This document shows, piece by piece, positions 30,302-40,427 of a stretch of 64,000 bases of DNA. How positions within the stretch are numbered: position 1 is the stretch's first letter; every line of letters begins with the position of its first letter. The DNA is from an uncultured Clostridia bacterium (lineage in GTDB: Bacteria > Bacillota > Clostridia > TANB77 > CAG-508): assembly GCA_934141445.1 (NCBI GenBank), contig CAKPCF010000003.1, positions 34,196 to 98,195 of the forward strand, written 5' to 3'. The notes below the pieces were generated by a model, which was not told where the DNA came from, made no database searches, and was given only the letters and a program-made list of their open reading frames with translations. The position numbers and the translations under genes are program-made.

Positions 30302-31714
30302 TTATGGTGCAATTTTATCATATAAACTTTTCATTGTATTATACACTTTTGTTGCCCAATCTGGATCACTTGCATATCTAACATTTACAGCTTTAATCGT
30401 AGATCCATTATAAAAACTTCCAACAGCCTTATTATCATCAAAAATATCTGTACCAGCTGGATTCAAATAATATTTTGATAACATCTTTGCAACTGTATTT
30501 ATTCCACTAGCATAGCCATCAAAATTTATAGATGAATTATATGGATCAGAATCATAAGCTCCATATCCAAATAAATTTTTCTTATTTTGTGCAATAGTAG
30601 ATGTTCCCCATGCACTTTCGTGAACTGCAATAGCTGCTACAAATAAACCATTTACATTATATTTCTGTTCTGCATTATAAAAATTTTCTGCATTTTGTTC
30701 GAATATTTTATATGTATCTCTTGAATTATTAGAAAATATTTTTTTGTAATCATCTAAAGTTAGTCCACTTTTTTGATTCATACTCATATCTTCGTTTACG
30801 TTTACAATAATTTTTTGTTTTCTATTTTTTTCTACTATATCTTGTTCAATATTAGCAGATACAAAGTATTTCTTTTCTGCATATCCTACATAATCAAATA
30901 TTTGTACTTTGCACCAGTCTCCTTCTATATCAAGTAAAAGAACATCATAATATTTTAAAATAATTCCTATTAGTTCTGAATTTGTATTCATTTCCTTATA
31001 TAGAGATGCATTTTCCTTTGCATATAAAGAATCTCCTATATGTATCTTTTGTTCTGCTAAATATTCATTAGTTCCAACATCAATTATTTGTGTTGTTGGC
31101 TCTTGAATAGTTTTTATACCAATTATTGTATCATTTACAATTTCTGAATTTGTTGAAGTTCTAATAAAAGAAACTTCTTCAATTCCTTGAACTCCCTCTC
31201 TACTAACCTTTTGTTCGTCTTTTGGCAATTTTGAATTTTCAACATATTCTGTTTCAAAATCAATATTTCTTTGTGTTGTTAATAATTCTTTACTTTCAGT
31301 AGTATTTATATTATCTATTAATATTTGTTGTATATTGATTATATTTTCATTTTTTTCAAAAGTTCCAATTATTTCTTTTTTCTTATTCTCATTATTACTT
31401 TCATCTTCTTTTGCAAATATATAATTGCTTGAAAACATAGTAATACCAAGCAAAACAACAACTGTCAACATTGCAATACTTAATGGGTCTCTGTTTTTAA
31501 AATTTATTTTTTTATCTGATTTCGTATCTTTTTCAAACCACTGTCTTTTATTTTTTAAATTCTTTTTGTTAATATTTTTTTCTTCTAATTGATGTTTTAT
31601 TTGAATATTTCTACTTCTTTCTAATTCTTCAAACACTTCTGGAAGGGATTTATTTTGATTTTCTAAATTATTTGCTGATACTTCTGAATTTTTTATTTTA
31701 TCTAAATTATTCAT
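30302..31714 (-). CDS. membrane-anchored peptidoglycan hydrolase: G5 + SH3b-like + GH73 N-acetylglucosaminidase domains
   Basis: TM at about residue 85. G5-like segment (EGVQGIEEVSF...IIDVGT). SH3b-like segment (GDWCKVQIFDYVGYAEKKYF). GH73 motif AAIAVHESAWGTS...NLFGYGAYD. Confidence 0.75.
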   Translation of the reverse strand: MNNLDKIKNSEVSANNLENQNKSLPEVFEELERSRNIQIKHQLEEKNINKKNLKNKRQWFEKDTKSDKKINFKNRDPLSIAMLTVVVLLGITMFSSNYIFAKEDESNNENKKKEIIGTFEKNENIINIQQILIDNINTTESKELLTTQRNIDFETEYVENSKLPKDEQKVSREGVQGIEEVSFIRTSTNSEIVNDTIIGIKTIQEPTTQIIDVGTNEYLAEQKIHIGDSLYAKENASLYKEMNTNSELIGIILKYYDVLLLDIEGDWCKVQIFDYVGYAEKKYFVSANIEQDIVEKNRKQKIIVNVNEDMSMNQKSGLTLDDYKKIFSNNSRDTYKIFEQNAENFYNAEQKYNVNGLFVAAIAVHESAWGTSTIAQNKKNLFGYGAYDSDPYNSSINFDGYASGINTVAKMLSKYYLNPAGTDIFDDNKAVGSFYNGSTIKAVNVRYASDPDWATKVYNTMKSLYDKIAP

Positions 31715-31814
31715 AATCCCCTCCTTTACTGAATAAAATTTATTTTTACTCTATTTTATCATATTTATTTTATATCAATTGCTTATTTATAGCAATAGAA
31801 AATTTTAGATATTT

Positions 31815-31872
31815 AAAATAAAAAAGCTATTCATATCAAAGATTTTTAATAACCTTTATATAAATAGCTTTT
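31815..31872 (-). terminator. probable terminator after the distal giant hydrolase gene
   Basis: A 15-bp stem (31822-31836 / 31858-31872, one G-U in the minus-strand RNA) with a 21-nt loop, then a U-rich tract. Confidence 0.45.
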
Positions 31873-31885
31873 GTTTTATTTAAAT

Positions 31886-34800
31886 TTAAGCTTCCTCATC
31901 ACTTGAATCAGACTCTTCTGTATTTTCTTCGTCTTCTGATGATTCATCTTCACTAGTGTCACTACCTGTAACACCTGTTTCTACTTCAAGATAATCTTCA
32001 ACATTTTCCAATATTGTATCTTTATTTGCAGCACCACTTGCTCCATCTTCACTAGTTCTTAAAATCAATCTAATATAATTTCCATTTGGTAAATTGTATT
32101 CTTTTCCATCATCTGTGGTATCTGTCTTTTTCTTCATATTTGCTATACCAGGTCTTGGCTTTGCATCATCTGGAAATTGATGAGCTCCATTATCTCTTGA
32201 AACAGATGTTGGTGTTCCTTCATCAGTATATGTTTTTCCAAGTACTGTACCAGCTTTTACAAAGATTTTTCCATCAGATGTTTGTATATATGGTTTTGCC
32301 TGTTCCATTACATCTTGTCGTTTTTCTAATCTTTCTCGCGTATCTTTAGATATTGTTGAATCATAAACTTCTCGTGTATAATAATTTACAATTTCTCCTG
32401 TTGATGATTTATGACCATTTTCATCTGTTACTTCTCCCATAAGAGCCGAATCATTTGTAAAATTCAAATTTTCATCAACAATTCTTACATCAAAACCTTC
32501 TATATATAAAATATAGTCTGTAATTCCTGCTGTATTATAAGCTTCATAAAAATATTTATATCCTCTATAATCATCATTATCTGCATCAATATAAGCTTCT
32601 ACATCAGCTTTATTTATTGCTCTTATTTTTATAAATCCAACTTCTTCTCCTTCTTCATCATCTGTTGCTTCCCCTTCTTCTGTTGAAATATTTCCAGTTT
32701 CTATATTCTTGATTTTGGTTGTTCCAGCTTCAATTATTTCACCTGTAATTGGTGACACAACATTTTCATATCCATCAAATCCAGTAAATTGTTTTGCAGC
32801 ATCTTCAATTCTGATAATTTTTCCAGGTGCATCTGGTGCATCAGCACCACTAGCAAATCCATTCCATCTAAATCCGTTAATATATTGACTTTCCCAGTGT
32901 GTTGCTTTTCCACAGTCATAAGTAATTATATCTCCATTTGGTGCAATCTCTTTTATTATTTGCATATGATGAACATCACCACTTTCAGATACTCTAACTA
33001 GAATATCACCAGCTTGTAACTTACTTCTACAATCCTCATCATTTCCAATTACTATTTCTTCCCAACCATATTTTGCATTCCAATCAGTATCTGTAAAAGT
33101 AGATGTACTTACTGTAGTACTTCCAAATTCATCATAACCATACTCATATAAAACCCAAGCAACATAACTGCTACAATCTATTCTATTACTATCTTGGTAT
33201 GGAGCTGGCTTTCCGGGATATCTATATACATAATCTCCTTTATTTACAATATATTCCCAAACAGCTTGAGCTGTTTCTAAAAAAGTACCTCTTTGTAAAC
33301 CAGAACCACTACCAGTACCATCAGCTGCATATAAAGCTTCTAATCCAGCTATTGGACTTATTAAATCCAAATTGATTACATTATCTTGGTCATTCTTTTC
33401 TGGTAGCTTTTTATTATTTTCTTCAGCTAATTGTATCATATCAGATTTTCCAAAAATATCTAAATTCAAATCTGGTGCAGTAGGTGTATCTCCATCACCT
33501 GTATCGGAAATAATTGGTGTTAAAGCTTGGTCTTTTTCTTTCAAATTTACTAAATCTACAGTTGAATGTATCAAAGTGCCATAATAATCAGTACCCTTTT
33601 CATATCTCTTTACCGGCCAACCAGCAGAACCTGTATCTGGCAACAACCATTCTCCAATATTAGTTGGACCTTGTGTCAAATCTTCTTTATCAAAATAGTT
33701 TAATTCAACGATTAACTCTTTAAAATCTCTATATATTGAATCAGAATCAAATGTATTCATATTTGTTAATATATTAAATGCTGTTAAAGAATCTCTAGTT
33801 ACTGAAAAGTTTCCTATTAAACTTTGATCTCTTTGATCAAATGCTGTATTGTCAAATAATCTAGTTGTTTTTGCCCTATCTTTCGCTATTTTATCTGCTC
33901 TTTCCTTTGTTCCATCATATTGATAATATTTATTAGTTGAAAATATTCTTTTAATAGTTGCATTTGTTTCTGTTCTCTGAGCATCTTGAATTTGAGTTGG
34001 TATTTGAGATAAATCAACACACATCCATAAATCCTCTAAATCACTATGTAATGTATTCTCACATATACTTTCTAAATCAACTTCAATTCCAGCTGCATTT
34101 AAAGCTGCTTGTAACAATTCTATAAATTCTTTTAATGGCATCCATTCTGTTGGTGGTACATCTAAAGAATATGCACTCCAATATCCAGGATTTGTAACAT
34201 AATTTCCTTCTGCTTCTTCTGTTATATTTTTAGTTATCGCCTTTTTAGCAACTTTTATTCCTTCTCTATCTGCATCTTCTTTTGTTCCATTATATACTTC
34301 ATTTGTTAAATTTCCTAAATTATCTAATTTATATAAAGTATATGTAATATTTCCTTCATCGTCAACTGTATTCTCATAATCTGTCCATCTCTCTTTTGTT
34401 AATTCCTCATAATCATAATCATTGCTTACAACTTTTGTATATAATGGTGCAACAAAATACACATCTCTAAACCAATGGTCTGTCACTTTACTTATATATG
34501 GATAATATGTATCATTTTGTCCCAATGCTAACACTTTTAAGTCTGAAATCGTATTATCTATAAAAGTTTTACAATTATCACATACTTCTGAAAATTCTTT
34601 TGTTCCAGCCTGAACTTCTGAATCTTCTGCTTCTTTAACAGCTTTTTTTTTGCAATTACTTGAACAATTATTATCATCAAATCCGCTATTTACAAAGTTA
34701 TCAGGTGTATACGCAAGTACTGCTCCATATCCACCTTGTTCTTTATATTGAGTTAATTGTTCATAAGTTACACAATCAGTTTTTCCAGCAAGCATCATTG

Positions 34801-36037
34801 CTCTTTTTCTAAAACCACCTTTTACTGTAAATTCAACTTTATGTAAAAGAATAACAACTTCTGTATCAAATGATCTAGCTAAATCTAGTGCTAAATCTGG
34901 TGACATACTTGTCAAATGAACCGCTAATAAAAATTCTAATGGTATACCATATCTTGCTGTCCAACCATCTAAATTATATGAGAAAGTTCCAACATTTCCT
35001 GAAACCTTTTGACTTAGACCTAAATTCCTAAATAATTTTGATAAAATAGAATTATTGCCACCTGTAATATTTTTTGATGCCTTAGTTGTAATCTTTAAAG
35101 TTTTAGATGTTCCATCTATTTCAATTTTATATCTGCTAAATAAACCATTTCTATATGCTTTTCCATCTTCTCCAATTTTTCCAATTGATAATAAGCTATC
35201 TCTTTCTTCATATAATCCAAGCAATCCACTTCCCCAATTTTGATTATCAAATAATCCAGAAAAAAATGTACTTACTGATGAAAATGCTTTCTTTACATTT
35301 TTATTAAAATTCTTACATGTATATACATAGTTATCTGAAATTAAATAAGTTTTTAAAATATCACTTTCTATATTAGTAATACCATCAGAAGTTCTACCAA
35401 TTCCATATTCATCTATATACGCATTTGTTTTCATATTTGAATATTTTTTATATCCAACATCATTCTCTTTATCAGAATCATTATTATTATTGAACTTACT
35501 TTTTAACTCATCAAAAAAATCTTTTGAATATGGTGTAAGTACTTTATCTGTCAAAAATCCATACTGGTATAAATCATATCCCATACTCTCCAAATAATCT
35601 GCCACATCTATAACATCTTGCATTTTTACTTGTGCTTCTTCTGAACCTGAAAAAAATGCTGCTATTTTTTCTCCAAAACTCTGAAGTATGGCATTTAGCT
35701 TTGCCATCAAAGCTCCTGGTAATGTAAGTATAAACATAATTAAACCAATTATAATAATTATAGCTGCTATTACTAAAAGTATAGGCCATATATAAGGTCC
35801 TATTATTTTTAATACTGATGATACTACAGACATTCCTTTAGTACTACCCATTTTCTGTAATATTTTTTGATTTCTAATTTGTTGTTCTGCAATTTTTTCA
35901 GCTTTTTCCTTTGCCAAATTTAAGTTTTGTTGCTTTGTATTTTGCACTTGCTGTTCGTTTTGCTCTGTCCCTTGTACATCAACTTGTGCATCTATTTCTT
36001 CTGAAACATCATCAATTTCATCTTCTGGATAAGACAT
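31886..36037 (-). CDS. giant (1383 aa) membrane-anchored multi-domain cell-wall hydrolase, PrgK/CwlT-like (VirB1 analogue), paralogue 2
   Basis: Acidic N-terminus, TM about residues 70-105. NlpC/P60-type Cys context RIDCSSYVAWVLYEYG (codons near 33161-33180) and His context DVHHMQIIKE (near 32950-32980). M23/LytM-like beta-barrel pattern VSPITGEIIEAGT...GKIFVKAGTVLGKT...GNYIRLILR without obvious HxH. S/D/E-rich acidic C-terminal tail. AGAGGA RBS. Confidence 0.7.
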   Translation of the reverse strand: MSYPEDEIDDVSEEIDAQVDVQGTEQNEQQVQNTKQQNLNLAKEKAEKIAEQQIRNQKILQKMGSTKGMSVVSSVLKIIGPYIWPILLVIAAIIIIIGLIMFILTLPGALMAKLNAILQSFGEKIAAFFSGSEEAQVKMQDVIDVADYLESMGYDLYQYGFLTDKVLTPYSKDFFDELKSKFNNNNDSDKENDVGYKKYSNMKTNAYIDEYGIGRTSDGITNIESDILKTYLISDNYVYTCKNFNKNVKKAFSSVSTFFSGLFDNQNWGSGLLGLYEERDSLLSIGKIGEDGKAYRNGLFSRYKIEIDGTSKTLKITTKASKNITGGNNSILSKLFRNLGLSQKVSGNVGTFSYNLDGWTARYGIPLEFLLAVHLTSMSPDLALDLARSFDTEVVILLHKVEFTVKGGFRKRAMMLAGKTDCVTYEQLTQYKEQGGYGAVLAYTPDNFVNSGFDDNNCSSNCKKKAVKEAEDSEVQAGTKEFSEVCDNCKTFIDNTISDLKVLALGQNDTYYPYISKVTDHWFRDVYFVAPLYTKVVSNDYDYEELTKERWTDYENTVDDEGNITYTLYKLDNLGNLTNEVYNGTKEDADREGIKVAKKAITKNITEEAEGNYVTNPGYWSAYSLDVPPTEWMPLKEFIELLQAALNAAGIEVDLESICENTLHSDLEDLWMCVDLSQIPTQIQDAQRTETNATIKRIFSTNKYYQYDGTKERADKIAKDRAKTTRLFDNTAFDQRDQSLIGNFSVTRDSLTAFNILTNMNTFDSDSIYRDFKELIVELNYFDKEDLTQGPTNIGEWLLPDTGSAGWPVKRYEKGTDYYGTLIHSTVDLVNLKEKDQALTPIISDTGDGDTPTAPDLNLDIFGKSDMIQLAEENNKKLPEKNDQDNVINLDLISPIAGLEALYAADGTGSGSGLQRGTFLETAQAVWEYIVNKGDYVYRYPGKPAPYQDSNRIDCSSYVAWVLYEYGYDEFGSTTVSTSTFTDTDWNAKYGWEEIVIGNDEDCRSKLQAGDILVRVSESGDVHHMQIIKEIAPNGDIITYDCGKATHWESQYINGFRWNGFASGADAPDAPGKIIRIEDAAKQFTGFDGYENVVSPITGEIIEAGTTKIKNIETGNISTEEGEATDDEEGEEVGFIKIRAINKADVEAYIDADNDDYRGYKYFYEAYNTAGITDYILYIEGFDVRIVDENLNFTNDSALMGEVTDENGHKSSTGEIVNYYTREVYDSTISKDTRERLEKRQDVMEQAKPYIQTSDGKIFVKAGTVLGKTYTDEGTPTSVSRDNGAHQFPDDAKPRPGIANMKKKTDTTDDGKEYNLPNGNYIRLILRTSEDGASGAANKDTILENVEDYLEVETGVTGSDTSEDESSEDEENTEESDSSDEEA

Positions 36038-36084
36038 TTTTATTCCTCTTTCGTTTTTATAATCTAATATTCCACTTTTTTATC

Positions 36085-36113
36085 ATTTTATATTATTTTT
36101 CTTTTAGTATCAA
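36085..36113 (-). promoter_or_regulatory. candidate promoter for the distal giant hydrolase gene
   Basis: On the minus strand: TTGATA (complement of 36108-36113), 17 nt, TAAAAT (complement of 36085-36090), 48 nt upstream of the ATG. Weak in an AT-rich background. Confidence 0.3.
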
Positions 36114-36151
36114 TAGGAATTATTAACAAAATAATATTTTTTTCTTAACAC

Positions 36152-36193
36152 AAAAATAAACCTACCTTGCTAAATATTTAGCAAAGTAGGTTT
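36152..36193 (-). terminator. rho-independent terminator ending the long T4SS-like operon
   Basis: Near-perfect palindrome 36158-36193 (aaacctaccttgctaaat/atttagcaaagtaggttt). The minus-strand RNA is followed by UUUAUUUUU. Confidence 0.7.
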
Positions 36194-36210
36194 TAATTTA
36201 ATTATTTATT

Positions 36211-39200
36211 TTAAGTTTGACTATCTGATGATGTATCACTGTCGTTATTTTCTTCACTATCATCCACATTTTCATCATTTTCTGTTTCTTCATCATCTGA
36301 ATCATTTGAACTTGAAGCAGTTGCTATTTCCAAGTAATCCTCAACATTTTCTAATATTGTATCTTTATTAGCTGTTCCATTAGCTCCATCTTCACTAGTT
36401 CTTAAAATTAGTCTAATATAATTTCCATTTGGTAAGTTATATGTTTGACCATCATCTGATGTGTCTGTCTTCTTTTCCATAGTTGCAATTCCTGGTCTTG
36501 CTTTTGCATCAGCTGGAAATTCTTGTGTGTCTTCTTCTGAACTTGATGTAGGTGTACCGGCATCTGTATATGTTTTTCCAAGAACTGTACCTGCTTTTAC
36601 AAATATCTTTCCATCAGATGTCTGTATTACAGAAAGTGCTTGTTCCATCTTATCCTGTATTTCTTCTAGTCTTTCTCTTGTTGCTTTAGTTAATGTAGAA
36701 TCATATATTTCTCTAGTATACATATTTGCTATTTGACCTGTTGATGTTTCATTTCCATTTTCATCTGTTGTTTTACCCATAATAGCAGAATCGTTAAGTA
36801 AACTTAAATTTTGATCAACAATTCTTAAATCGAATCCTTCTATATATAAAATGTAATCTGTAATACCTGCTGTTTCATATTCTTCATAAAAATACTTATA
36901 TCCTTCATAGTTTTCATCATTTTCATTTATATAAGCTTCTACATCTGATTTATTTATTGCTCTTATTTTTATAAATCCAACATTTTCTTTTTGGTTTGTT
37001 TCAATATTTTCAATCTCTGTTGTACCAGCTTCAATGATTTCACCTGTTATTGGAGTTACAACATCTTCATAGCCATTGAATCCTGTAAATTTGTTTACAG
37101 CATTCTCAATTCTAATGATCTTGCCAGGTGCATTAGCTCCACCAGCAAAACTATTATATCTAAAACCATCCCTATGATCTGTTGACCAATGTGGCTTATC
37201 ACCACAATCATAAGTAATTATGTCACCATTTGGTGCAATTTCTTTTATAATTTGAATATGATGTACTTTTGCTGGTTCAGTTGGAGATCTTCTTACAAGA
37301 ATATCACCTGGTTGTAATTGACTTCTACAATCTTCTCCTGCTTCTATATCTATTTCTTCCCAACCATATTTTGCACTCCAATCAGTATTCATAAAAGAGC
37401 TTGTATTATATGCTGTTTGTCCAAATTCTTCATATCCATATTCATATAATACCCATGCAACATAACTACTACAATCTATTACACTACTATTTTGATATGG
37501 AGCGCCAGTTCCTGGAGCACCATAACTGTATTTCTTAGCATCAACAATATATTCCCAAACAGCTTGTGCTGTATCTAATAATGTGTCTCTTTGTAATCCT
37601 GAACCACTACCATTTATATCTGCTGCATATACTGCCTTAAGTCCTGCAACTGGATTTACTAGTTCTAAATTTATAACATTATCTTGTTCATTTTTTTCTG
37701 GTAATTTTTTTTCAACTGTAGTTGCAAGTTCTAATACATTTGAATCTCCTGTTGTTCCATCTTCTACATCTGGTGCAGTTGGTTCATTACCATCTGTTTC
37801 TCCTGCTCCTATTATTGGATTTAACACATCATCTCTTTCTCTTAAGTTAGCTAAATCTGCTTTTGAATGAATTAGTGTTCCATAATAATTTTCATTTTTA
37901 TCATATTTCTTAATTGGCCAACCAGCTGAACTTGTTTCAGGTAATAGCCATTCTCCAATTGATGTAGGAATTTGTGTCAAATCTTCTTTATCAAAATAGT
38001 TAAGTTCTACTATCAATTCTTTAAAATCTCTATAAATTGAATCTGAATCAAAAGTATTCATATTAGTCAATATATTAAATGCTGTTAATGAATCTCTTGT
38101 TACTGAGAAGCTTCCTATTAAGCTTTGATCTCTTTTGTCTTCTGCTGTATTATCTAATTTTCTCTCTCTTTTTGTGTCTTCCTTATCTTTTTCTATAGCT
38201 CTTGCTCTCTCTTGAGTTCCATCATATTGATAATATTTATTAGTTGAAAAAATTCTTTTAATTGTTGCATTTGTTTCCGTTCTTTGTGCATCTTGAACTT
38301 GTGTTGGAATAGCTGATAAATCAATACACATCCATAAATCTTCAAAATCACTCTTTAAAAGATCTTTACACATTTGCTCAAACTGATCTCCTGGTAATCC
38401 AGCAGCATCTAATGCAGCTTTTACCATTTCAATAAATGCTTTTAAAGACATCCACTCTGTTTCAGGAACTTCTACATCATAAGCAGACCACATATTTTCA
38501 CCAAAAATTGCTGCATTTGATACACCTTCAGCTTCATCTTTAATACTTTGTGTCATTGCTTTTTTAGCAACTTTTATTCCCTCTTTTTCAGCATCTTCTT
38601 TTGTGCCATTATATACTTCATCTGTCAATTCACCATCATCATTTAATTTATATAATTTATATGTTCCATCATCATTCATTTCATAAGATGTCCAACGTTC
38701 TTTTGTTTGCAATTCATAATCATAGTCGTTACGTACTACTTTCATATCTTCTGGTGCAACAAAGTAAACATCTCTAAACCAATGGTCAGTTACTTTACTG
38801 ATATATGGATAAAATGTAGTATTTTCTCCTAAAGATAATTTTTGTAAATCTGACATTGTATCATCTATAAATGATTTGCACTCACTACATACATCTGAAA
38901 ATTCTTTTTCTCCAGATTGAACTTTGGAATCTTTTGATTCCAAAATAGCTTTTTCTTTACAACCACTACTACAATCACTTGATTTAAATGAGTTTGGAGT
39001 ATATGCAAGTACAGCACCATATCCACCAGCTTCTTTATATTGCTTTAATTTATCGTAAGTAACTCTATCACCACTATTCCCAAGTGAATTTTCTGCTTTT
39101 AAGAACCCACCTTTTATAGAATATTCTACTTTATGTAGTAGAACTACAACTTCTGTATCAAAAGAAGTTGCTAAATCAACTGCTAAATCTGGTGACATAC

Positions 39201-40404
39201 TTGTTAAATGTACTGCTAACAAAAATTCTAATGGTATACCATAACGAGCTGTCCATCCATCTAAGCTGTATGTAAATGTACCAATTGCTTTTTGATTTGA
39301 TGCTATTTTATCCATAATTCCACTTTGAGTGAATAATAATCCAATTGCTGAATCATTATCATTTTCTGCTGTGTTTGTATCTTTTGATGTGATAGATAAA
39401 GTTTTATTCTCAGCATCAATAGTAATATCATATCTACTTCTAACGCCATTTCTATAAGCATTTCCCTGTTGTCCAATTTTTCCTTCTTTTTGTAAGTTTA
39501 CATCCTCTTCATAAATTCCAATCAATCCAGAACCATAATCATTAGATGTAATTTTTCCTAGTGAAACCATATATTTTAGAGTAGACCAAGCAGCATCTAA
39601 AAAACTACTCAAATCTGCAAAAATATTTCTTAAGTTTGGATTAAAGTTTCTACAGCAATATACATAATTATCAGAAAGTAAATATGTTCTTATTATTTCA
39701 CTATCTATATTAGTAATACCTTCTGCAACTCTACCAATTCCATTTTCATCAACATAAGGTTCATTTGTAGCCATCTTTTGAAGTTTTGTTTCTTCTGTTT
39801 CTGTTAATCCCTCAGTTGCTGTTCCATCAGAATTATCTGCACTATCACTTTTGATTTTTGCTAATTCCGCCATATATTTACTACTTTTAGCATCATTAAC
39901 TTTTCCAGTTAAAAATCCATATTCGTATAAATCATAACCCATACTTTCTATGTAATCTGCTACATCTATTACATCTTTTTCTTTTATACGGGTTTCTTCT
40001 TGACCTAGAACATCATCCTTTAGTTTATCAAAAATTGCTACTAGTTCATTACCTACATTTTTCATTATTGCATTTAGTTTTCCCATCAATACACCAGGCA
40101 TTGTTAATACAAACATTATTATACCAATTATAATAATAAATGCTACAATAACTAAAATGATTATCCATAATTTTGGTAATATTACCTTTAAAATTGAAGA
40201 CACAACTGACATTGCTTTAGTATTACTCATTTTTTGCAATACTTTTTGGCTTCGCAGTTTTTGGTTGATAAAGTTTTTGGCCGTATTATTAGCTTCACTA
40301 GTTGTTTGGCTACCTGTACTTTCTTCTTGTGATTCAGTTTGTCCACTTTCTACATCTGCATTTTCATCATTTGTTTCATCTTCTTCATCATCTAAATAAA
40401 ACAA
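36211..40404 (-). CDS. giant (1397 aa) membrane-anchored multi-domain cell-wall hydrolase, PrgK/CwlT-like, paralogue 1
   Basis: Same architecture as 31886-36037: VIDCSSYVAWVLYEYG, VHHIQIIKE, VTPITGEIIEAGT...GNYIRLILR and acidic termini. Apparent TTG start behind an AGAGGTGA RBS. Confidence 0.7.
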   Translation of the reverse strand: MFYLDDEEDETNDENADVESGQTESQEESTGSQTTSEANNTAKNFINQKLRSQKVLQKMSNTKAMSVVSSILKVILPKLWIIILVIVAFIIIIGIIMFVLTMPGVLMGKLNAIMKNVGNELVAIFDKLKDDVLGQEETRIKEKDVIDVADYIESMGYDLYEYGFLTGKVNDAKSSKYMAELAKIKSDSADNSDGTATEGLTETEETKLQKMATNEPYVDENGIGRVAEGITNIDSEIIRTYLLSDNYVYCCRNFNPNLRNIFADLSSFLDAAWSTLKYMVSLGKITSNDYGSGLIGIYEEDVNLQKEGKIGQQGNAYRNGVRSRYDITIDAENKTLSITSKDTNTAENDNDSAIGLLFTQSGIMDKIASNQKAIGTFTYSLDGWTARYGIPLEFLLAVHLTSMSPDLAVDLATSFDTEVVVLLHKVEYSIKGGFLKAENSLGNSGDRVTYDKLKQYKEAGGYGAVLAYTPNSFKSSDCSSGCKEKAILESKDSKVQSGEKEFSDVCSECKSFIDDTMSDLQKLSLGENTTFYPYISKVTDHWFRDVYFVAPEDMKVVRNDYDYELQTKERWTSYEMNDDGTYKLYKLNDDGELTDEVYNGTKEDAEKEGIKVAKKAMTQSIKDEAEGVSNAAIFGENMWSAYDVEVPETEWMSLKAFIEMVKAALDAAGLPGDQFEQMCKDLLKSDFEDLWMCIDLSAIPTQVQDAQRTETNATIKRIFSTNKYYQYDGTQERARAIEKDKEDTKRERKLDNTAEDKRDQSLIGSFSVTRDSLTAFNILTNMNTFDSDSIYRDFKELIVELNYFDKEDLTQIPTSIGEWLLPETSSAGWPIKKYDKNENYYGTLIHSKADLANLRERDDVLNPIIGAGETDGNEPTAPDVEDGTTGDSNVLELATTVEKKLPEKNEQDNVINLELVNPVAGLKAVYAADINGSGSGLQRDTLLDTAQAVWEYIVDAKKYSYGAPGTGAPYQNSSVIDCSSYVAWVLYEYGYEEFGQTAYNTSSFMNTDWSAKYGWEEIDIEAGEDCRSQLQPGDILVRRSPTEPAKVHHIQIIKEIAPNGDIITYDCGDKPHWSTDHRDGFRYNSFAGGANAPGKIIRIENAVNKFTGFNGYEDVVTPITGEIIEAGTTEIENIETNQKENVGFIKIRAINKSDVEAYINENDENYEGYKYFYEEYETAGITDYILYIEGFDLRIVDQNLSLLNDSAIMGKTTDENGNETSTGQIANMYTREIYDSTLTKATRERLEEIQDKMEQALSVIQTSDGKIFVKAGTVLGKTYTDAGTPTSSSEEDTQEFPADAKARPGIATMEKKTDTSDDGQTYNLPNGNYIRLILRTSEDGANGTANKDTILENVEDYLEIATASSSNDSDDEETENDENVDDSEENNDSDTSSDSQT

Positions 40405-40427
40405 TCTATCACCTCTTTTGCTATAAA

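Noticed and set aside
33629-33643. An internal LPDTG (and LPETS in the paralogue) in the giant hydrolases, considered as a sortase sorting signal given the sortase gene at 1820-2578.
   Set aside because: The motif lies about 800 residues into a ~1390-aa protein. It is not followed by a hydrophobic segment and positively charged tail, so it does not have the architecture of a cell-wall sorting signal. It is most likely coincidental.
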